A stretch of 64,000 bases of DNA from positions 828,669 through 892,668 of the forward strand of contig MNCI01003306.1 of assembly GCA_015680685.1 (NCBI GenBank), given 5' to 3'. Position numbers and translations under genes: made by a program. This document shows positions 52,660-64,000 of this stretch, piece after piece. The notes under the pieces are model-generated. The model did no database searches and had not been told where the DNA came from. It saw only the letters and a program-made list of their open reading frames with translations. Source of the stretch: Gnetum montanum. Its lineage: Eukaryota; Plantae; Gnetophyta. Numbering within the stretch: the stretch's first letter is position 1; the number at the start of each line of letters is the position of its first letter.

Positions 52660-55600
52660 ATGGCTCCCAGAAAACAACGCAAACACCTGGCACTTGCCAA
52701 GGTCGAAGAAGTGAAGGAAAGCCTAGGGCATCTATCACAAGCGCACGTTGATGTACGAGAGGAGACACTGTTGACCCAGTAGGCTGCTATGCTTCCTCTA
52801 TTTTCTTATGCCTCGATTATTTTTTCTGCTTTCCCGTTTTTGCTTCTGCGATTTTTGTTTAGCAATTTTTGTTTTTTCTATCATCGTTTTTTCATTATTT
52901 TGGCCTTTACACCATTGTTGTTGCCGATTCAGCCACGATGGATGTTTAGACGCTACGTTAAAATTGCATGTAATGCCGCCTAGACCGCTATTTTTGTGGC
53001 TACGATTGCCATAGAGGCTTGAATGATTTTAGCCATTTGGCATGCAAATAGCATAGCGTATTAACCCTTAGGAGGGTTTGGCCATTGCGTGATGTGACAA
53101 TGTAACACGTGTTCTGTTGCGATGTAATGCAAATCGCTATGTCAAGCATAAGATTTTTTGGAACTGATGCAACACATTGAAGTCTTTTTTGTTTAAAGAT
53201 TTTTTTTTTAGTTTTGTTGTTGCTATGCTAAGCTAGTTCTACTACACTATTTCCTTCTTGTTTTTTTGCTATGCTATATGCACAAAGAGAGTCGTGCTAC
53301 ACTATCTACCAAATGCTAATTTTGCTATGCTATATTTGAATTCCACTCGAACATGGTGCTAACATTTATTATTGTATCATGTAGGGTACCGCTAAGGCCA
53401 ATCTTAATTGTCTTAGAAATCATAGGGGTCCTGTGCTACATGAGTGAACCAGTGGCCAATGTTCCTCCGCCCATGCACGTGTAGGGCAGCAGGCGGTCTG
53501 GTTCTGAGAAGGAGCATAGGACATTCTACAATTTCTCCTCCAACGCTTCAGTGTGATCATTTGGTCACACCTAGGGGAGGAGGTAGCGATCGTCATAACA
53601 GAAACCTTGTTGCTTGGGGCAAATAGGTGTATTCTGAGATTTTTGACAGATGGAGTGATTAGCAACGGGCAGGGAGAAGGATCTAGTCAGCGTCCTAGAT
53701 ATTTGAGGCATTTCGCCTAGATCTGGAAGATGCTCAAGTATAATTGCTATCATCCCTACAACACTTTGTTTATTGCACATCACATGGGAACGTGCTTTCA
53801 AAACCCACCAGGAACTATTTACAGTGCTTGCGGGTGAGTTTTGTAGCCATGTTCTGCTATGCTATGCAATGTTTACTATGCTAGCCAAATGTTAATAGTG
53901 TGTTTTTGTTACCAAGTTTTTCATCAACAAGAATGGGCTTCATAGAGATACAGATGTGTTGGCCTTAACATAGATGGCACTGTGGGAGTTTTCTTCTATT
54001 GAGAATATGCGTGTAGGTGTGATAGGCCAATGTGGGGCTGAGTACAAAACCTACCCAACCCGGTATTCCAAGCTCTATGATAGATGCAAGGAGTCCGATT
54101 GGTTGGATGAGGGATGGACACTGTTTAAATCAATCATTATTGAAGATGTCTTGGTTGATCTTCTACCATTCCCATCACCATTTAAGCCTGGTAAGCTAAA
54201 TACTAAGTTATTGCATGTTTGAGTATTGTTCCTTATACTTTGCCTAACTTCTTTTTACTTTTTTACCTTTTTGTGTTTTTTGCTATAGGGGCAAAGAAGT
54301 CCCATAAGGTGATGGTGATAACCTCTGGGAACTAGGAGGCCAACATCTACTTCAAGTACGAGGAGGTAGATGAGAGCCAACGTTGGATATGCAGCACAAC
54401 TTCGAAATCCCTGATCAAGCACCTTCAAGATGCTGGGCTCATGGATTTGTTCCTGGCCTCGAATCCAAGCATCCCTGCTGTTGAGATGCTCACCCTAGCG
54501 AACTCCTTTTCTGAAAAGATACACTACTTCCGCACACGTGTACATGGCATGCGGGTGGTCCTTGAAATCAATGACTAGCTATTCACAGATCTTTTCAATG
54601 TCCCTGCTAATGGCCTCCCTATAGGGTCAAAGGCCAAGAGAGAGGTGAACCATCGAGGGGACATTGAGGAGTAGCTAGGGGTTGCAAAAGGGCAAAAGGG
54701 GATCCTCATGAAGAAGGACAAGCCGAGAGCTGCCAAAGATGTTTATCCCTTTTTTCGTGCCTATGCTTTCCCCCAGCTACTTTCCCAAGGGAAGATTATT
54801 GGGATTGAGCAAGCTTGGGTGATGTGGAAGGTCATGGAAGAGGGGGCCTGCTACAACTGGGCTAGGCATCTATGCAAAGGCTTGCAAAATGAAATGGTCG
54901 TGCTTCATAAGAAGCATCAGTCCTATTTCAATGTGCACCATACCTTTTACATAGCCTTCTTGCGGTGTTTCACGAAGTTCTTGGTAGTCCATGAGAATGG
55001 ATTCTGGGAAATGCAAGATCGTAACCAAATTTCCAAACTGTGGATCTGCCAAATCCTTCGAACCACCCGAGCCCAAGATCCCCCCAAAAGCTATTGGAGA
55101 GTCATTTTCCATGACGACTAAGGATCAGGTGGCCCGCAACATTTATGGTCAGGATAGCGTGGGAGAGGTGTCCCTTGCTGCTACAGGTAGCATATCGCAG
55201 GGGAAAAGTCTCATCGCTAAGATGGTGGCCACTAAGTTGCAATGACAGAGGCCTCATCCAGACGAGGAGCCTCCCCGTACGGGTGAGGAAGGGGGGCCAT
55301 CACTACAGTTTAAGCTACGCAGGGTATAGCCTCCCATCAGTAAATGCTCTTTGTGTGTTTGTTTCTTTTCCTTTCAATTTAAATGTTTGCTATGTTGTGC
55401 TACGCTAGGTAGCATAGCATAGCGTAGCACCTGCTTTAAGCTAACGTAGTTTAAGCTATAATGTGAATATGTTCTTTTTCGCTGCCAAAGGAAGAAGGAG
55501 AAGGAGAAGAAGGTGAAGAGGAAGTTTTGGTCCCTAAGATGGGGATAGCGAATAAAGAAGTGAGGGGCCCAGTCATAGAGGAAAGGGCCTCAATCAAGAG

Positions 55601-57349
55601 GGAAGGAGCTACTGTCACTAAGGAAGGGGCTCCTATCGTCAAGGAAAATCCTCCTACTAACAAGGAGGACATTTTTGGAGATGAAGAGGAGTCTCCTATT
55701 GATGATGAGGATGTTGGTACCTTAAGAGGAATGGCCCCAACAAATAAAGAGGAGACCTGCATCAACCAAAAAGGGACTTCTACTGGAGGTCCCTCTATCG
55801 AATGTAGTTCAGCATCGGGGGAGCGAACGAATGATAAGGGTGCTGCCATAGTTTTGAGCCAAAAAGGAAGGGAACTGAAATTAAAAGCTGGTGAATTTGA
55901 TAATATATTTAATGATATGTCGATGGGCGATCCCCCCATTATCACCCCTAAGGGTTTACTGGGTAGGAGCCTTTACACTGTCGTTTGCATTACTCACAAC
56001 TTTATTGCAGTCCATCTCAGTCATTACTGACGCGTTTGGTTGCATAACAGATACCACTGTCAATGCTATAGGACCTCCCCTTGTTCACCTAGAACCATGG
56101 GATGGGCCGAGAGCCCCGACAAGCTTACGTTCATGCAAGGGGTCGTTGACGACATGATCGGCCGTCTCAAGCAGGTCGATCCTGAAGTGGGTAAGTAAAG
56201 TAGATACGCTAGGCTTTTCGGGGTTGCTAAGCTAGAATTCTTGAGTTGCTAACTTTGCTACGCTAGTGTGACTAATGCACTCTTTGTGTGTGTTAATAGC
56301 CTCTCGACTTAAATGGGACCTGAAACGGGTGTTCAAAGTTGACGTCATGCCTACATTCCCTCCCAAACTGGCTGAGGTACCTCACCGTATATATGACGAG
56401 GCTAGCAAATGCGCTTTGCACTCAGCACGCTCCTTATGGGAGTGTATGTGTGTCTATGAGGACTTATGGAAATGGGTCTAGAGGATTAAGAAAGAGAAGG
56501 CTGAACTGAGCGTCGAAGTGGGAGACCTCCAATCTAGGTACAAGTTCCTCCTGGATCGTGATACCAATGATGGAAGTTGGCACACGACTCTCATAGATTA
56601 TGCTAGAGACTAGATAGTCGTGCGGTGCAACAACGAGGCTACCCCAGAGATAATAGAATAGCGTATGAAGATGGACTTGTTGGCTCAGAAGAACCAAGAC
56701 TGGAAGGATTATAGCACTAGAGTTTACAAGTGGGGGTAGTCCTAGAAAAATCATAAGCACATGTATCAGCTGGAACGTGCCACCTACCGCAAACTATATC
56801 GAGATGCTTCAATAAATTTGTTTACCCATGAAGCATTCCTGAACGCCATTGGTGCTTCTAAAGCCTATAATAAGTTCATGGAGCAAGTAAAGGTCATTGA
56901 ATATCTTGAATGGGAAGTGGATCTTCCCATAGATGAGACCGCTACCGTCTCCTTTTCTCTCGAACCACCGACATGGACAGCCGTCGAGAAGGAGAAAGCT
57001 GTTGTAGACACTGAACCAAGTGATAGGAATTGGACAAATATCACAGAGGATGAGTTTTAGCACTACCTCAGGCTCGGTTTGGATTGCATACCCTTTGAGG
57101 AAGACGCGGGGCTATCTCGAGTTAGTCACTTTCTGTTATGCAAAGGATTATGCTCTATTCTAGCTTTCATGTGTTGCTCTAGCTAACTACTCCACTTTTG
57201 CAATGCAAATTCCAGATGAAGATGCAGGGCCCGTAGAGGGCAGCAATGAAGAGGCAGACGAAGGTAGTGTAGAGGAAGGCGATGCAGAAGGGAATGATGC
57301 AGGAGAAAACAATGCAGGTGAAGATGATGCGGGTGAAGATGACCCATGA
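52660..57349 (+). pseudogene. Antisense multi-exon cargo gene of D (most complete copy)
   Basis: Exons approx 52660-52778, 53385-53833, 53916-54190, 54289-55339, ~55490-56190 (may be split further), 56300-57120, 57216-57349; CTAAC/CTAAT branch points; peptides homologous to B and C. Confidence 0.82.
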
Positions 57350-57517
57350 CAACATGGGGTTTTTTGATTTTTTTGAATATTTTGCAAAACTATTGCAAAC
57401 ATTTTTTTGATGGAAAAACTTTTAAAGAAAGTAGCGAATTTTGAAAGAAAATTAGTCTTATGCTAGCTTATGCGTTATCTATGTGATCAATTTTATGTTA
57501 TGTTTTCGTTTCTGATG

Positions 57518-57712
57518 TTTTAGTTTTAGGCCATTTTGGGCCATTGCTAGTTTTAGGCCATTTTGGGCCTTGGCTAGTTTTACGCCATTTCAGGCCCCTG
57601 CTAGTTTTAGGCCATTTCGGGCCGTTAGACGGTGTAGTTTTAGGCCATTTCGGGCCATGGCTAGTTTTAGACCATTTCGGGCCCCTACTAGTTTTAGGCC
57701 ATTTCGGGCCAT
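57518..57712 (-). repeat. Post-protease tandem array of D (27-bp unit)
   Basis: About 7 copies of GCTAGTTTTAGGCCATTTCGGGCC (plus-strand reading). Confidence 0.9.
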
Positions 57713-57873
57713 ATTGTAAACAAAAAATATCTTAATGATTTAAAAAGATAAGGCAAGTTGGTGTAGCTAGCGTAGACGGATAGATGTAAGGTGAATAAGA
57801 AATAACTGTACAATGGATGGTGGCTGGGTAAGAAGTAGAGGGGATGCTATGTTATGCGTAACTGCTTCTTAAC

Positions 57874-59442
57874 CCATCATGGATTGGGCGAGGTGTAAGG
57901 CCAAGGCACTTTTCCATAACCTTCATCTATATCATTGTCCTCCACTTGGAAGGGTAACTCAGCCTACACGTTTTTGTTTTCTGAGCCAGTGCACTGGGTT
58001 GGCTCTTTTGCTGGACAGTTAGTATCTATGGAAACAAGCACTTCATTCTTAGAAGTTATAACTTCTAAGCCTTGTTCCATATCTACGTTGTTGATAGCTT
58101 ACGTTGCTAACTCATCAACATGGATTAACACCTCCCTACCTACATAGCGTAGATGGATCTCCTGATGTATGGGGGAAGAGACAGCCCTAAGTTGCGCTAA
58201 CCATGACCTTCCCAAGATCATGTTAAACCTGGGCATCTCTTCGACCATGATGAATGTTGCGTTTGTGGGGAACTGGTCCCCTGCCACGAAGTCAATGTGG
58301 ACCATGCCTTTCACCACAACCCGTGCCCCATTGAATGACTTTAAGCATGATGTTGTTGTGGGTCTAATCTGGTCAACCAAACCTAGCTTATCCACAATAG
58401 GAAAAGGGATGATGTTTGTAGCAGCCACATCATCGATGTGGAATCTTCGGATCTTAGCTTGTCTAACCCAAATTGTGATGAAAAGGGATGTCGTAGTTAC
58501 CTGACCCTTTTCAGGGTCTTCCCTAATGGAATCGTTGCAAAAAGTCAATTGGGATGGCTAAGGTTTTGCAAGTGCAAAAGGAGGCATGATTGAATGGATC
58601 GCTTTTTCTTTCACTGGCATGTTTTTGTCAATTAGAATTGCCATTAACATGCAAACCAGAGCCTCATGGTGTGCGGTAGATGTCATGATCAGGTTGTACA
58701 GGCTTAGTGTAGTGTTTTTCTATTTCAGAGCCTGCTTGACTTGAGTGAGAGCATTCAAAAGGTCCTAGCCACCCTCCTCTTTACTACCTTTCTCCTCTTC
58801 TATTCATCCTAGGAGATGAATTTCCCGAGGAGGGACAGTTTTAGGTCTGGGTTCAGACTCTTTTGGGTGAGGTGGCGAAGATTGTGCGGGTGTAGCAACG
58901 TTCCCTTTCGACAATGAGGATGTAAATGCAGGGGCTGAGGGCATAGTCTTGGAAGTACCTGAGGCAGTACTTTCCCTCGATGTCTCATCCATGAAATGCA
59001 CTTCTCATTTCTTAGGATAAGAAGGCTATGAAGATGTCTTACACGAGGCAGGGACAATTCAATGACTTGGCCCCCTGATGACAAATAGTGCTAACGGTGT
59101 CAATGCATGTAGTGGTGAAGTTTTGCTAACAAGTAGTGTAGGGGTAGATGCCTAGGGAACAGGTGATGCAGGGGCGGATGCTTAGGGAGGGACTCTCAAG
59201 ACAAACGGCTATTGCGAGGTTCGATTAGTCGCTGGTGGTACTAGTGCGCTACGTTGAGGCACACAGATCACAAATGGTTGCTGGGGCAGTTTAGGATTAC
59301 TGTCAATGTCGATGGTGTTGATAATGTAATTGATGTTATTGGTGTTAAGAGGATCCGTGTAAACGTGCAGAGATTGATTTTCGGGACGCACTGGGTTGGT
59401 TTCATCCAGGACCATTTTTCCTTGATCAATCATCCTTTGGAT
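57874..59442 (-). pseudogene. gag C-terminus and protease of D
   Basis: MIDQGKMVLDETNPV; FHIDDVAATNIIP...NMILGRSWLAQL. Confidence 0.9.
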
Positions 59443-61005
59443 TGGAACGACGGAAAATGTCGGTAGCTAGAAAATACCAAACAAAAATCAGTGTATACAA
59501 TCTTAACCATGGATCCGTGTGAGGGCCGTGCTAGAGGAAACAAATCCATAGTGCCCTGAACGGTCTTGTTGATCAGACAGGGACTTACTCAATCAGTAAA
59601 TCAACGAATATTGTAGATATTCCGTGGAACAATCTGATTCAGTGAATCGCCAAAGAAGAAGAAAATAATGTAGATAACAACAACGTCAACATGACAGGAA
59701 GGATTGAATTTAAGAAAAATGCGCAATTCCAAGATCTGTACTTTGACCCAAAATGGGTATATCGCATACAAATTTCCAATGGAAAAGCTCCGCTTATCTT
59801 GTGCGAAGCATACAAAAAATAACAAGAAAACTGTTCAATGAGGAGTACAGAATGGAGTTCGATCTACCTCGTAAGCCATAGATGGGATGCAAGGAAGGTC
59901 AAGCTCTGACGTCTATCGACCAAATGTTTCTGATCAATAAAACTCGCAAATCGCACTAGATGATCTTTCGATCTCTGATCTGCACCTTTTGCCTTGGGTA
60001 GTCTCTGCTCAAAGCTGCCAATGATCACCAATGGAGAGAGTTATGTTTTCGCCAAAGGACTGATCGCTCCTGCTGCCAATGCTCAAGCAAAATGTCTTCT
60101 TTCTCTGCTAAAAATGATGCTGCCAAAATTTAAAGATGCCCCAGGGCTTTGTTTCTTCGCCAACTGGAGTATTTATAAGTTTGACAACATATGGAGAAAG
60201 CATAGCCCTGATGACATGTGTTCCGAACCTTCAAAATACCGTTGACCTGGTAAACTTTATGTTGAAATTGGCTACATCGCGTCACGTTTTGGGAAGGGGA
60301 GAAAAATATGCTGTCGACCACTTCTGCCAAAGTTGCTTCATGATTACGCACAATATGCTCATCAGCGTATTGTGCGTGTGGATAGCAGACGCGTAATTGC
60401 TTTAGCCGGCTTTACGCTATATTACACTTGTTTACGCTGCGTCACGTAGCAGAGCGTAATAGAGCATGGAAGTAGTTGATGCCAGCTATTTTACGCTTAT
60501 TTACACTGCAAAGAGTAATAGAGCATAAAAATGGTCAACTTTACAACGAATTATGCTTGTCCACGCTGCATAGAGTAATAAGCATAAAGCGACCAATCTG
60601 CAAAGAAAAGAAATCAATCTGCAGCTCTTCCTTGTATTCTGACTTTGTCTTCTTTGAAGCTCGTTACACTGCTCTGCGTAACGGAACATAAACTCAACCC
60701 TGAGCAAAAGACTTAGCCGAATATGTGACAAGTTTTAAACTTTAAACTTTGTCAAAACTGCCGAAGTAAGTTGCTTTCTGATATCGGGCTACGCTAAACA
60801 GAGTTACGCTGAACGACACTACGCTATGTTGCATAATGTAGCGTAAAGAAAGAGAACAAAGTAAGTTTTAGAATCTGTGAGAAACTCAGAGACTTGATGT
60901 TGCGCACCTCTTTGCTTTGTTCCGTCTTCTGAATTGTTGTCGCAAACTTTCGCCTAAATCGCGAATCTTTGCCTGAGGCCGATTCGCAATTTCTATGGTG
61001 TTTCA
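59443..61005 (-). mobile_element. Solo LTR (F family) inserted in D gag
   Basis: TG...CA termini; perfect 5-bp TSD TGGAT (59438-42 and 61006-10); removal restores LKDNIQRM; TATA near 60170. Confidence 0.92.
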
Positions 61006-61210
61006 TGGATGTTGTCTTTTAATGCCATACAATAATCCATGTCATGACCACATTGTTAATGGTAGTCATAGAACCACTCCAGCTTGAAACCCTTAGGAAC
61101 TGGGAGCTCATTGGGCAAAGCCAAAGAGGGGTTCCTAAGGAGTTTGCAGTACCGTTGATGTTTCTTAGCTCCCTCCTCCGACATCCTCTTGTGTTGGATG
61201 TACCCTACCG
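61006..61210 (-). pseudogene. gag fragment of D (knuckle region)
   Basis: VGYIQHK...LEWFYDYH, homologous to B gag. Confidence 0.85.
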
Positions 61211-62539
61211 CCTCTTTGCTTTGTTTCGTCTTCTCAATTGCTGTCACAAACTTCCGCCTGAATCATGAATCTTTGCCTAAGGCCGATTCGCAATTTCTAC
61301 GATGTTTCAATGGCCCCTATTTGTTGATAGTTAGAGGGCTTGCTCGAAAGATGTCGACAAAGAATACGAAACACCGGATAAGTAAAAGTACCAACAACGT
61401 TCATCAATGGTTACTCAAGTGTCGCCCTGTCAACGGAGAAGTACAGAAATGGGGGAAACAGAGGATAGCAGGGTATGGGAAGGAATTTTTTACAGAGGTA
61501 AAAGGAAAAAGGTTCGGGGAAGACTCGAATGAGGTTCGGGGAAGACGCAAATGTGTGAATATGGTTCTTTTTCATGCATAAGCACTTAGGCCTTCTCCTG
61601 CTACTGTGTCTGCATGGAGTTGTGCCATCATTTTGCAAATGAAGGGGCTTACTTAGACAAATTGTGTTGCATCTACGCGACCTGGATGTGTTGTGTTTCA
61701 TCCATTTTGCCAACCCACTTCCTTTTTTTTTTTATTTTTTTATTTTTTTTGCGTCCACTAGGCGAGTTGCGTTACGCCGATTTATGGACTTGATTGTAAT
61801 GCCAATGCGAAAATTGTGTGCTGTGTATGTACGTTTTGCATAAGGGAAGCAGATGGTGGAGATGTAGGGAAGTAAGAACTAGGGGTAGGATTATGAGGAA
61901 AACAGGGATGCACTCCTGAGTGAACAGGTTAACCTAAGCGGCCATCTCAAAGCGCTGTCTGTACCTCATTGCTCAGATGAACAACCCTTTGAACGACATC
62001 CTCGTAGCAAGTAACCTGCAACCAAAGAAGCAAACAGAGGACACCATTTCTCGGTTGAATCACCAGAGAGGTTGTTGAAACAAGTACCATTTGGGGCGAG
62101 ACAGAGTGAGGGGGCCATGAAGGAAGAAATGTAGCACGAGGCTAGGGTCTTCACCATTGACGCTCGGCCTAGCATATTGCCACCAAAGATTATCAGACTC
62201 ATCGCACCCGACTGGTTACGCAGAGAACCAGCTAGGTGAATCTATGAAGCCAGAGCCTGATAGCGATGATGAGCGAAGATTCCCAAGGTCATTTTTGATG
62301 AGAACTGCTTTGGGGCTCCGGTCGGCGAAACTAAACTCTCAGAGGTGCCATCGCTGCAGTGGGGGCCATGATGGCATCTCCGAGGGATCAGTAGTATGCC
62401 TTTTAGCACATCCGAGGAATCAGCAGAATGTCGGTGAGGTAGCGACGCTGGGACTATCCCAGTACCCAACCCCATTTGTTTTGTGGTTGCACAGAGATGA
62501 TTATGCTTGCTTGATTTACATGATGGCAGCCTGTAAGTC

Positions 62540-62990
62540 CTAGTTTTAAGTCTTGGTAGACTGTCGTTGCTGGTTTTAATTCTCAGCAGACCATGGTCCC
62601 AATTTAAAGTCTGGCGAACTGAAAAGTGCTAGTTTTACGTCATAGCAGACGGTGGTATAGCTGATTTATGGTCTCAACAGACCATGCTATGGATGCCAAT
62701 TTCATGTCATGGCCCAGGGACAAATCTGTGCTGGTTTCATATCTCAGCAGACGGCTACTTACCTGTGCTAGTTTTATGTCCTGGCAGACAGTCGGTGTTA
62801 GTTTAGCGTTGTGACAGACGCATGTAGAAACTGCCAGTTTTTCGTCTTGGCGGACCTGTACAACGCTGCTAGTTTTACGTCGTGGCGGACGATTGTTCCC
62901 AGTTTAGCATCATGGCGGACACGTGAAGGGAATGCCAGTTTTACGTCATAGCGGACGATTGTTGCCAGTTTAGCGTCATAGCGGACGGTT
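62540..62990 (-). repeat. 3' UTR tandem array of F
   Basis: GCCAGTTTTACGTCATAGCGGAC-type ~30-bp units, same family as the B and D arrays. Confidence 0.85.
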
Positions 62991-63024
62991 GTTTTCATAC
63001 CTGATATTAACACTGGATATGCAC

Positions 63025-64000
63025 TTAGATGTAGTACCACTTCAGATATATATGATTTACAGGATTCGGTAACTCGTCGTCGTTGATATCTGCTAGCTTG
63101 AATGCGCCATTGCCATATACATCAGCTACCAAGAAAGGGCCCTCCCAGTTTGCAGAGAATTTGCTTGCTGGTTCACGAATGGCCTTGAGAACCAAATCTC
63201 CCTTCTTGATAGGATGTTGTGGAAGATTGTGACGGTTCTTTTGCCTTTGCTTATTTTGATACTTTTCAATGGTATCAAGTGCCTGTATTCACTTCTCCTC
63301 TACTGAATCCAAATCCATGATCTGAGACTCGGTGTGTTGAGCCTCATTTATAATCGTGGAGAGGACCATTCGTAGAGAAGGAACTTGTAGTTCGAGGGGC
63401 AACACCACCTCAGATCCATAGACTAGGCTATAGGGCATACTGTCTGTAGCTGTTCTGCATGTGGTGCGATACACCCATAGCACATAGAGGATCTTTTCAT
63501 GCCACTGTCTCTTGTTGATGTCGAGCATTTTCTTGAGTAAATTGATAATGACTTTATTTGTTGCTTCAGCTTGACCATTCGCTTGCGGGTAGTAAGGCGA
63601 GGAAAAAGATTGTTTGATACCAAGATTGTCACAAAAAGATTTGGTTTCCAGATTACTAAACTGTGGCCCATTGTCGGTCACGATAGTCATTGGGAGACCA
63701 AATTTGGTTACAATATTGTCCAAGATGAAATGACAGACCTGTTGAGATGTAATCTTCCATAAAGGGATGGCTTCCACCCACTTCGTGAAGTACTCAGTAG
63801 CTATGATGATGAAGCTATACCCTGCGAAAGACTTTGGCGTGATGGACCCTATGATGTCTAACCCCCATCGTTGGAAGGGCCATGTGATCTAGGTCGTATG
63901 TAGTTCTGTAGGCGACACGTGTATGAGATTCACGTACAGTTAACACGTGTCGCATGTTTTGACCTTTGTAAGACAATCTTTCTCCATGTACGGTCAGTAA
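63025..64000 (-). pseudogene. Integrase of F
   Basis: WGLDIIG, IVTDNGPQF, YYPQANGQAE, WEGPF. Confidence 0.93.

Larger units (their letters stand above)
44669..61210 (-). mobile_element. Copy D (3' LTR, 3' UTR, pol, antisense gene, protease, partial gag), nested in C
   Basis: Mirror image of the B architecture on the minus strand. Confidence 0.92.
61211..64000 (-). mobile_element. Copy F: truncated 3' LTR (61211-61309), PPT, 3' UTR, integrase
   Basis: About 100 bp matching the U3 end of the solo LTR, PPT near 61311-61325, tandem array, integrase ORF. Confidence 0.88.

Noticed and set aside
53385-54190. Host TIM50 or CTD phosphatase gene
   Set aside because: It occupies the same internal position in three retroelement copies, decays with them, and has no evident presequence or transmembrane segment; it is element cargo
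57544-57735. Repetitive ORF LVLGHFGP (also 5907-6155 and 62798-63040)
   Set aside because: Incidental translation of tandem repeats whose unit length is a multiple of 3
61211-61309. Assembly duplication of the solo LTR end
   Set aside because: It differs from 60907-61005 at roughly a dozen positions, so it is a different copy

Overview
No intact host gene is visible. The window is plant heterochromatin (N gaps, many C>T/G>A stop codons) filled with nested, decayed Ty3/Gypsy LTR retrotransposons of the Tat/Ogre type: tRNA-Asn PBS, CxxH-x4-H-x4-C gag knuckle, RT-RH-aRH-INT order and no chromodomain. Copies found: A (1-6557, minus, partial); an older relic A0 (about 6.6-11.8 kb); B (13594-32346, plus, both LTRs); C (33633-44668, plus, cut by D); D (44669-61210, minus); a solo LTR with a perfect TSD inside D gag; and F (61211-64000, minus). 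Main observation: in B, C and D the protease is followed by a non-pol stretch (5-6 kb before RT in B and D) that looks like a sense intron of pol. Inside it lies an antisense, TATA-driven gene with about 7 exons. Its predicted protein has an FCP1/NIF (HAD, CTD-phosphatase-like) domain lacking the catalytic aspartates, a plant-transposon-protein-like domain, an acidic tract and a coiled coil. It is bracketed by tandem arrays sharing a TAAACTRG core, which recurs in the 3' UTR. All domain calls come from motif recognition by eye and need HMM or structure confirmation.
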